Part shown: one piece after another, positions 1-6,642 of the stretch | How positions within the stretch are numbered: position 1 is the first letter of the stretch | Layout of the letters: each line of letters opens with the position of its first letter | Source: Candidatus Latescibacterota bacterium | Lineage (GTDB): Bacteria > Latescibacterota > UBA2968 > UBA8231 | Direction of reading: 5' to 3' | Assembly: GCA_963422735.1 (NCBI GenBank) | Contig: OY730476.1 | Location: forward strand, 736,001 to 800,000 | DNA: 64,000 nt | Notes under the pieces: model-generated | The model's input: the letters and a program-made list of their open reading frames with translations, nothing else | What the model was told of the DNA's origin: nothing | Databases searched by the model: none | Position numbers and translations under genes: made by a program

Positions 1-488
1 TGGCCCGCCCTTCGCTCTACCAAGCATGCGAGGTGTTGGGGGAGGAAGAGTGCGACTTTTTGCGGCAAGGGGTCTTTCGGCGCGTGGAGCGCAATGCGGC
101 TTTATCCCACGCCAACCCCCTCAAGCCTGAAGAATGGGAACCCCTCCTCATGTACGATCGCGTCACTTGGTGCATGAGCCGACTCAAGTGGCCATTAGCT
201 TTTGTCGGCCACACGCACGAAGCGCGCATTTATTGCAATATGCGCGACGACCCCGTGCCGCTGACCTCGGCCACGGTCGCCATAGGGGAGCACCAATACT
301 TAGTCGCCGTCGGCAGCGTCGGCCAACCCCGCGATGGCGACTGGCGGTCAGCCTATACCCTGTGGGATCCCGACGAGCAATGGGTCGAACTCCAGCGCGT
401 CGAATACCCGGTCAAGCTGACCCAACAGAAGATCGACAATCTCGGCTACCCCAACTATCTAGCCGAGCGCCTTGCCAAAGGGGAGTAG
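1..488 (+). CDS. Metallophosphoesterase family protein (5'-truncated by window edge)
   Basis: Motifs 'FVGHTH', 'VGSVGQPRDGD' and 'RVEYPV' typical of calcineurin-like phosphoesterases; stop TAG 486-488. Confidence 0.85.
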   Translation, partial: ARPSLYQACEVLGEEECDFLRQGVFRRVERNAALSHANPLKPEEWEPLLMYDRVTWCMSRLKWPLAFVGHTHEARIYCNMRDDPVPLTSATVAIGEHQYLVAVGSVGQPRDGDWRSAYTLWDPDEQWVELQRVEYPVKLTQQKIDNLGYPNYLAERLAKGE

Positions 489-504
489 GCAGAGGCGGGC
501 GCTT

Positions 505-1410
505 ATGCAGGGCCGCATCATCAGAGTCTCTGGGCTACAGTGCCTCGTCGAGGTCGAGCAAAGCCACTGGCAATGCGAGATTAGAGGCCGTCTCAAGGCC
601 GGATGCCGCAAGACCAGCTCTCCGGTCGTCGCCGGCGATTGGGTTGATGTCGTACCTACGGCCGAACGGACGGGCGTCATCGAAGCGGTACATCCCCGAT
701 CTTCCAAGTTCTCGCGCGGAGCCAGTGGGACGCGCCCGTTTGAGCAGATCCTCTTTGTCAATATGGAGCAATTGGTCGTCGTCATAGCCGCTTGCCAACC
801 AAGCCCCCGCCGCGGCTTTATCGACCGAGCGATTGTCATGGCCGTAAAGGGAAATCTCCAGCCCGTGGTCTGCATCAACAAGGTCGATTTAGTCTCCCCA
901 GCGGCCGTGGGAACCCTGACCGCGCCCTACGAGGCCCTCGGTTATCCAATCTATCGCACCAGTGCCCTACGAGGCGACGGCATGGGCGCGTTCAAAGAAG
1001 CCCTGATCAATCGCAGTACGGCCGTGGTCGGTCAATCTGGGGTCGGCAAATCGACCTTGCTCAACGGCATCGAGCCGGGGTTGGGACTAAAGACAAAAGA
1101 AATAATGAAGCGCCACGACCGGGGCCGGCACACGACCACGACCGTGCATTTGTTCAAGTTGCAACAAGGCGGCTATGTGGCCGATACGCCGGGGGTTAAA
1201 GAACTCCGCTTATGGGGAGTAAAACCCGCCGAGCTAGAGACGTATTATCCCGAGCTAGACCCCCTGCGTGGCCAGTGTCAATTCGGCGATTGCAGCCACT
1301 TGCACGAACCCGGTTGCGCGGTTCGTGCGGCCGTGGCGGCCGGCCATGTGGCGTCGGCGCGCTACGAAGGATACCGGCGTATCTTCGAAAGCTTAAGTAG
1401 CGATGAGTGA
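505..1410 (+). CDS. rsgA: Ribosome small subunit-dependent GTPase A
   Basis: Circularly permuted GTPase motifs NKVD, GQSGVGKS, RGRHTTT, DTPG; C-terminal Zn motif CQFGDCSHLHEPGC; ATG at 505 preferred over TTG 472. Confidence 0.95.
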   Translation: MQGRIIRVSGLQCLVEVEQSHWQCEIRGRLKAGCRKTSSPVVAGDWVDVVPTAERTGVIEAVHPRSSKFSRGASGTRPFEQILFVNMEQLVVVIAACQPSPRRGFIDRAIVMAVKGNLQPVVCINKVDLVSPAAVGTLTAPYEALGYPIYRTSALRGDGMGAFKEALINRSTAVVGQSGVGKSTLLNGIEPGLGLKTKEIMKRHDRGRHTTTTVHLFKLQQGGYVADTPGVKELRLWGVKPAELETYYPELDPLRGQCQFGDCSHLHEPGCAVRAAVAAGHVASARYEGYRRIFESLSSDE

Positions 1411-2344
1411 ACTGACTATCAAGGATCTACTAGCCACCTACGGGCAGCAACTGAAGCTGAAGCTCATCGCCGGCACCAAGGGGCTACAGCGGACTATTAA
1501 CAACAGCGACATCCATCGCCCCGGCTTGGCTCTGACGGGCTTCGTCGAGCTGTTTACCTTGGATCAAGTGCAGATATTGGGCAATACCGAAGTGGAGTAC
1601 CTACGCAGCTTGTCCCTAGACCGACGGCGGCAGGCTCTCAAAATCATATATCAATTCGATATTCCATGCGTGGTCTTGACCAGTCGGGGGCGCGTGTACT
1701 CCGAGTTGCGGCAGCTAGCCGATGAGTGCGCGGTTCCGTTGCTGAAGTCCGAATTCAACACAGCCGAGTTTACCCATCTCATCCGCTTTTACCTCGACGA
1801 GGTGTTTGCGCCCCAAGTGTCCGTACATGGGACGCTGGTCGACGTCTCTGGAGTAGGGCTGCTCTTTCGCGGCCGCAGCGGCATTGGCAAAAGCGAGGTC
1901 GCCTTGGATTTGGTCGAGCGCGGGCATCGGCTGGTAGCCGACGATATAGTCATCATCAATCGCAAGCCCCAAGGTATTTTGGTGGGGCGTAGCTCGGAGA
2001 TGCTCCAAGACCAGATCGAAATTCGCGGCATCGGCATCCTAGACGTAAAGAAGATGTTTGGCGCGTGGGGGACTCGGCGGCAGAAGCGGGTGGAGGTATT
2101 GGTCAACCTCGTCGATTGGGATGAAAAATATGCCTACGAACGCCTCGGCCTCGAAGACAATAAGGTGGTAATCCTCGGTGTCGAGGTGCCCGAGGTCTTC
2201 ATCCCTTTGTTTCCCGGCAAAAATATCACGGTACTCGCCGAGACCATAGCGATAGATTATCTCTTGCGCTTGGACGGGGAGTACGCGGCGCAGGCGTTTA
2301 GCGAGCGGCTCCGCGAGCGGATTAAGGCGGGCAGGAAACCATGA
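1403..2344 (+). CDS. hprK: HPr(Ser) kinase/phosphorylase
   Basis: IHRPGLALTG, VHGTLVDV, GRSGIGKSEVALDLVERGHRLVADD, EIRGIGI motifs. Confidence 0.95.
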   Translation: MSELTIKDLLATYGQQLKLKLIAGTKGLQRTINNSDIHRPGLALTGFVELFTLDQVQILGNTEVEYLRSLSLDRRRQALKIIYQFDIPCVVLTSRGRVYSELRQLADECAVPLLKSEFNTAEFTHLIRFYLDEVFAPQVSVHGTLVDVSGVGLLFRGRSGIGKSEVALDLVERGHRLVADDIVIINRKPQGILVGRSSEMLQDQIEIRGIGILDVKKMFGAWGTRRQKRVEVLVNLVDWDEKYAYERLGLEDNKVVILGVEVPEVFIPLFPGKNITVLAETIAIDYLLRLDGEYAAQAFSERLRERIKAGRKP

Positions 2345-3150
2345 TGACGCTCGGCGTGGCAGGCCATGCCCGCGAGGTAGCCGTCCATCGGGATGCCTTG
2401 CGGGGCTGCCGCGATATCCAGCTCGTACACCAAGCCGACTGCGCCGCGGTTTTGGAGCAGAAAATAGATGGCCTAGTGCTGTTGCACGTGGACGATAAAT
2501 CGCATTGGATCGGCGTGGCCATAGCGTCTGGTCTGCCCGTTATGGCTACCCATCCCGTACAGGATCCGTTTGCAAATAGCCATCCCAATGTGTGCGTGCT
2601 GTCCTTGGGGAGGCATACGCACTTTTGCACGGCTCTGGCCGCCCGACAGGGCATAGCGCATTATTCCTTGGAGCTTTCTTTTGATTCGGCTTCATTCGAT
2701 CCGATTGACCGCGCGACGATCTGCAACCAAGCAGCTTTGGACGTATGCGACTTGCTGCTGAGCACTTGGGGGCCGGTAGATGTGCTGTACAGTAGGATGT
2801 GCAACTTCTTTCATCCCGGTCGCATGGAGGACGTGTCGGTCGCGTTGCTAAGGATGCGCAACGGCGTCGAAGGCTCGGTTGCGCTCCTCGACTTTCCGGC
2901 TGTAGCCCCGGCTTTGCGGACCCGCGCGTATGCACAGGGCGAAATATTCGATACGTCTTGGCCTTGGGCATGGGAAGTGGACGATCTAGCGGTGTACTAT
3001 CGCAATTTCATCGCCTGTATCCAAGGGCGTACCCAGCCGCTGTTGGGTTTGGGACAGGTGGCCGAAAGCTATAGTCTTTTGGAATGGATGCGTATGTCGG
3101 CGAGACAAGATGCGGTTTTAAGCCGCAGACAAGTAAACAAGCGTTTATGA
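2341..3150 (+). CDS. Divergent Gfo/Idh/MocA-like oxidoreductase family protein
   Basis: Weak N-terminal 'LGVAG' Rossmann start; C-terminal 'EDVSVALLRMRNGVEG' and 'FIACIQGRTQPLLG...SAR' resemble the Gfo/Idh/MocA C-domain; ATGA overlap with hprK. Confidence 0.5.
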   Translation: MMTLGVAGHAREVAVHRDALRGCRDIQLVHQADCAAVLEQKIDGLVLLHVDDKSHWIGVAIASGLPVMATHPVQDPFANSHPNVCVLSLGRHTHFCTALAARQGIAHYSLELSFDSASFDPIDRATICNQAALDVCDLLLSTWGPVDVLYSRMCNFFHPGRMEDVSVALLRMRNGVEGSVALLDFPAVAPALRTRAYAQGEIFDTSWPWAWEVDDLAVYYRNFIACIQGRTQPLLGLGQVAESYSLLEWMRMSARQDAVLSRRQVNKRL

Positions 3151-3207
3151 ATGAATGTCTTATAAAATTTTTTATGTAAATCAAAAATAAAAATCAGCAT
3201 ATATATA

Positions 3208-3732
3208 ATGAATGAACCATCCACGCCACCCACATACTTCGCTCTTGCATTAGCAAGCTTCTTATTAGCAATCGTGTTGCTGTTCAACTTGCTCAGCCCT
3301 ATGGCCATGCAGGTTACCAAGGAGCAGTTCGCTCAGATAAGAGAGGCCGATCTCATCGAGTATCTGATCGTGCAACCCCGGGGATTTACTTGGCAGCTCA
3401 AAAGGGCTGTGCGCGTCCAAGGGACCAACGGCGCGACGATGGCGGAGCGTATCGCGCTAGCTGAGCCCGACCCAGCCGTGGCCGAAGATTGGCGACAAAA
3501 GGGAGGAGCGGTGCGCCAAGAGCAAGATACCTCTTGGGGGGGGGGTGCAGTCTTCATCGCCTTGTTGCTCAGCGTGGGGGGATGGCACATCTGGTCCCAA
3601 ATACGGCTGGATCTCAAAGGGGGAGGGGGGCCACGCCGCCGCTTGCGCGACTTGGAAACCGCGCTCAAACAAGGCAAGATTACCCAAGCCGAATTCCGGC
3701 AGCAGGCCGAGCGGCTCTGGGCCGAATTGTGA
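3208..3732 (+). CDS. Two-TM membrane protein with C-terminal SHOCT-like domain
   Basis: Hydrophobic segments near aa 10-32 and 113-130; C-terminal 'LRDLETALKQGKITQAEF' SHOCT-like; ends 6 nt before mutL. Confidence 0.65.
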   Translation: MNEPSTPPTYFALALASFLLAIVLLFNLLSPMAMQVTKEQFAQIREADLIEYLIVQPRGFTWQLKRAVRVQGTNGATMAERIALAEPDPAVAEDWRQKGGAVRQEQDTSWGGGAVFIALLLSVGGWHIWSQIRLDLKGGGGPRRRLRDLETALKQGKITQAEFRQQAERLWAEL

Positions 3733-3738
3733 GGATAT

Positions 3739-5481
3739 ATGGTGGGTAGCATTCGCGTTCTCGACGAAAGTCTCATTGGAAAAATCGCCGCCGGCGAGGT
3801 AGTGGAACGGCCGGCCTCGGTCGTGAAGGAGTTGGTTGAAAACTCGATCGATGCGGGTGCCGCTGAAATCCGCGTGGAAATCAAGGCCGGTGGCAAGCAG
3901 TCGATTGTCGTGACCGACGATGGATCGGGTATGAACAGGGAGGATATTGCTTTGTGCGTACACCGGCATGCCACGAGCAAGATGGCCTCGGTGGCGGACC
4001 TGTTTCGCATTCAGACGTTGGGGTTCCGCGGCGAGGCCCTAGCCAGCATTGGTGCGGTTGCCTACTTGGCGATAGAATCGCGCACACAGCAAAACGAAGC
4101 AGGGACGCGCTTGGTCGTGGAAGGGGGGATAGAGCGAGAGATGCACAGTATCGGCCGAGCGCACGGCACGACCATTATAGTAAAGAACTTGTTTTTTAAT
4201 ACGCCTGCGCGACGCAAGTTCCTCCGGTCCGTCGATGTGGAAGCCCGCCACGTGGCACAGACCATCATCCATTTATCCGCTGGCTACCCGGCCCTTGGCT
4301 TTGAACTAGCACGAGAAGATCGCCAAGTCTTGAGCTACGCCCCGGCATCTCGTCGAGAGCGGGCAGCCGAGTTGTTAGGGATTCAAGCGGCCGAATTGTT
4401 GGATCTCGCTTACGAGGAGGAAGGTCTCAAAATCGAAGGAGTCTTGGCCGGTCCCGAACACTGCGGCCGAAGCAAGGGCAAGCAGTACCTCATCGTACAG
4501 GGGCGGCCCATTTCTTCGCGACTGATGGCCAACGCCGTACAGCGGTGCTTTGAGGGGCTGCTGCCCGAAGGACATCATCCGGTATTTATGCTCTGGATCG
4601 ATATGGATCCCAAGAAAATCGACGTCAATGTCCATCCGACAAAGCGGGAGATTCGCTTGGCCAACGAAGGGCAAGTCATCGCGGCCATTGATAACAGCGT
4701 CCGGCAGAAGCTCAGGCTGCCCGATATGCAATCCTTTGTCTATGCTGCGGCCCCAATTCTGAGGCCGGACAGGATCCGCGTGGGCGAACCGGCGTCGCCG
4801 GTGTTGCACAGCCTACCCGCACCCGGCGAGCCCGAGTTAGCAGCAACCCATGATGTAGATGATCAACTTTCTCTGACTCTCGTCGCTCCGGCCGCGGCCA
4901 GAGTCGCCATAACCGAAGACGCCGCGATGTGGCAGGTCCACAACCAGTATATCCTCGTCGAGGTGGCCGATGGCTTGCTCTTTGTCGATCAGCAGGCCGC
5001 GCACGAACGCATTAACTACGATCGGGCCATGGCGCAAATGGACGGCGTGGCCGGCGAGAGTCAGCAGTTGCTCTTTCCCATACAGCTAGAAATGGGCGCA
5101 GCGGATTTTGAGGTCTTCAACCAAGTGCGGGCCGACATTGCCAAGCTGGGCTTTGTCGTGCGGGATTTTGGTACGCGGACGGTGTTGGTGGAAGCTGTCC
5201 CGGCTGAATTGGATCGCTTTGGCGAAGGCGATGTTTTCTATCAACTACTGAACGACATGCACGATGGCCAGCATTCGGGCCGGTCTTGGCGCGAAGCACT
5301 CGTCTTGGCGTACGTGCATAAAGCGAGCATCAAAAAAGGGCAGAAACTGAACGCCGAGGAAATGGCACACTTGATCGACGAATTGCTAAAGGTTGACACG
5401 CCGCACATAAGCCCGACGGACAAGCCGGTTATGACGCGGATGAAGTTGGGCGATATGGAGCGTCTGTTGCGGAAGTTCTAG
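3739..5481 (+). CDS. mutL: DNA mismatch repair endonuclease MutL
   Basis: IAAGEVVERPASVVKELVENSIDA, GFRGEAL, DVNVHPTK, DQQAAHERI endonuclease motif. Confidence 0.97.
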   Translation: MVGSIRVLDESLIGKIAAGEVVERPASVVKELVENSIDAGAAEIRVEIKAGGKQSIVVTDDGSGMNREDIALCVHRHATSKMASVADLFRIQTLGFRGEALASIGAVAYLAIESRTQQNEAGTRLVVEGGIEREMHSIGRAHGTTIIVKNLFFNTPARRKFLRSVDVEARHVAQTIIHLSAGYPALGFELAREDRQVLSYAPASRRERAAELLGIQAAELLDLAYEEEGLKIEGVLAGPEHCGRSKGKQYLIVQGRPISSRLMANAVQRCFEGLLPEGHHPVFMLWIDMDPKKIDVNVHPTKREIRLANEGQVIAAIDNSVRQKLRLPDMQSFVYAAAPILRPDRIRVGEPASPVLHSLPAPGEPELAATHDVDDQLSLTLVAPAAARVAITEDAAMWQVHNQYILVEVADGLLFVDQQAAHERINYDRAMAQMDGVAGESQQLLFPIQLEMGAADFEVFNQVRADIAKLGFVVRDFGTRTVLVEAVPAELDRFGEGDVFYQLLNDMHDGQHSGRSWREALVLAYVHKASIKKGQKLNAEEMAHLIDELLKVDTPHISPTDKPVMTRMKLGDMERLLRKF

Positions 5482-5542
5482 CCGGTTATTGGAGTTTTAG
5501 CAGGATGGTTATTAGGGTGCCGACTTGGGCAACAAGTTGTCC

Positions 5543-5571
5543 TTGACTTTTATTTTCTTGTAAGTTATACT
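5543..5571 (+). promoter_or_regulatory. Sigma-70 promoter of the recombinase gene
   Basis: TTGACT (5543-5548), 17-nt spacer, TATACT (5566-5571). Confidence 0.75.
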
Positions 5572-5600
5572 ATCTATAACAGGCATTATCGGTAGTATAA
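5565..5600. other. dif-like tyrosine recombinase target site
   Basis: TTATACTATCTATAA-CAGGCA-TTATCGGTAGTATAA: 15-bp inverted arms (2 mismatches) with ATAA-N6-TTAT core, 26 bp upstream of the recombinase ATG. Confidence 0.7.
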
Positions 5601-5626
5601 AAACCAATAGCCCCTGCGAGCATTCA

Positions 5627-6607
5627 ATGAGCGAAACACTTAATCCGGTCGTCAACAGGCTGACGCCAACTCCAGCGTTAGCATTAGCAGCGGACGATCC
5701 TTTGGAACAATTTCTCAGCGGCCAACTCAGCGAGCGCACGCGGCGTGCGTATTACGCTGATCTCCAGCATTTCTTTTTTTCTATCGGCATGGAGCTAAAT
5801 GAAGTCTCCCTCACCATCTTGCAGTCAATCACCTTTGAGCACGTGGTCGCCTTTAGAAATCAACTCGCCAGCGCAGGCTACAAACGCAGCAGCATCAACA
5901 GAAAATTGTCCAGCCTGAAGTCGTTGTTCAAGATGTTAGTCGCTTTAGGCCACATTGAGAAAAATCCCGCTGACTCCACCTTGGTACGCGGCTACAAGGT
6001 GGACGAAACACTGGCCGGCAAAGCGCTTTCTAATGAGGTGCTGAATAAGCTCCAGCAAGCTATTGCCCAAGAAAAAGACGACTTGGTCCGCACTCGGGAT
6101 GCGGCCATGTTCCATTTGCTCACTTTTGGCGGGCTGCGCCGCTCCGAAGTGGCAGGGGTCGCTTGGGAGGATATATCCTTGGAGGGCGTTTTTCACATCC
6201 TGAACCTGCCCCAAACTAAATCAGGCGTGGCTCAGGAAATCAAACTACAAAACATCGTCTTACATTATCTCGAACTATACAAACAACAACTACAAGTAGC
6301 GGGCTTGCCGACGACCGGCAAGGTCTTTATCAGCCTGTCGCGCAACCATTCTCACGGCCAGCCGCTGACTGACCAATCGGTCAATCACATCGTCAAGAAG
6401 TACGCCCTGCGCGTCGGCCTCTCCCAAAACGTCACCGCGCACATGTTCCGCCACACCTGCTGCACCTTGGCGATTGAAGGCGGAGCCAAGCCCCAGCAGG
6501 TGCAAGCCCATTTGCGTCACAAGGATCTAAAGACAACCATGCGCTACTACGAAAATCGCGAGAAGCTGCTCGATAATGCGTCTGATTATATTAGGATTAG
6601 TAGTTGA
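5627..6607 (+). CDS. Tyrosine recombinase (Xer-like)
   Basis: Catalytic set R (GLRRSE), K (TKSG), HxxR (HMFRH), H (HLRH), Y (TTMRY); N-terminal SAM-like domain 'SERTRRAYYADL...SINRKLSSLKSLF'. Confidence 0.93.
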   Translation: MSETLNPVVNRLTPTPALALAADDPLEQFLSGQLSERTRRAYYADLQHFFFSIGMELNEVSLTILQSITFEHVVAFRNQLASAGYKRSSINRKLSSLKSLFKMLVALGHIEKNPADSTLVRGYKVDETLAGKALSNEVLNKLQQAIAQEKDDLVRTRDAAMFHLLTFGGLRRSEVAGVAWEDISLEGVFHILNLPQTKSGVAQEIKLQNIVLHYLELYKQQLQVAGLPTTGKVFISLSRNHSHGQPLTDQSVNHIVKKYALRVGLSQNVTAHMFRHTCCTLAIEGGAKPQQVQAHLRHKDLKTTMRYYENREKLLDNASDYIRISS

Positions 6608-6642
6608 TTATTTTTTGTTTACATATTAAATAGTATAAGACA

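Noticed and set aside
3151-3207. AT-rich intergenic stretch as an origin or binding array
   Set aside because: No DnaA boxes or repeats; similar AT-rich spacers at 6608-6642, 24030-24050 and 36270-36300 look like ordinary promoter regions.
5482-6642. Recombinase as an integron integrase or prophage/ICE integrase
   Set aside because: No attC-like cassettes, no IntI-specific insertion evident, no cargo, and no tRNA or flanking direct repeats; both neighbours are core genes.
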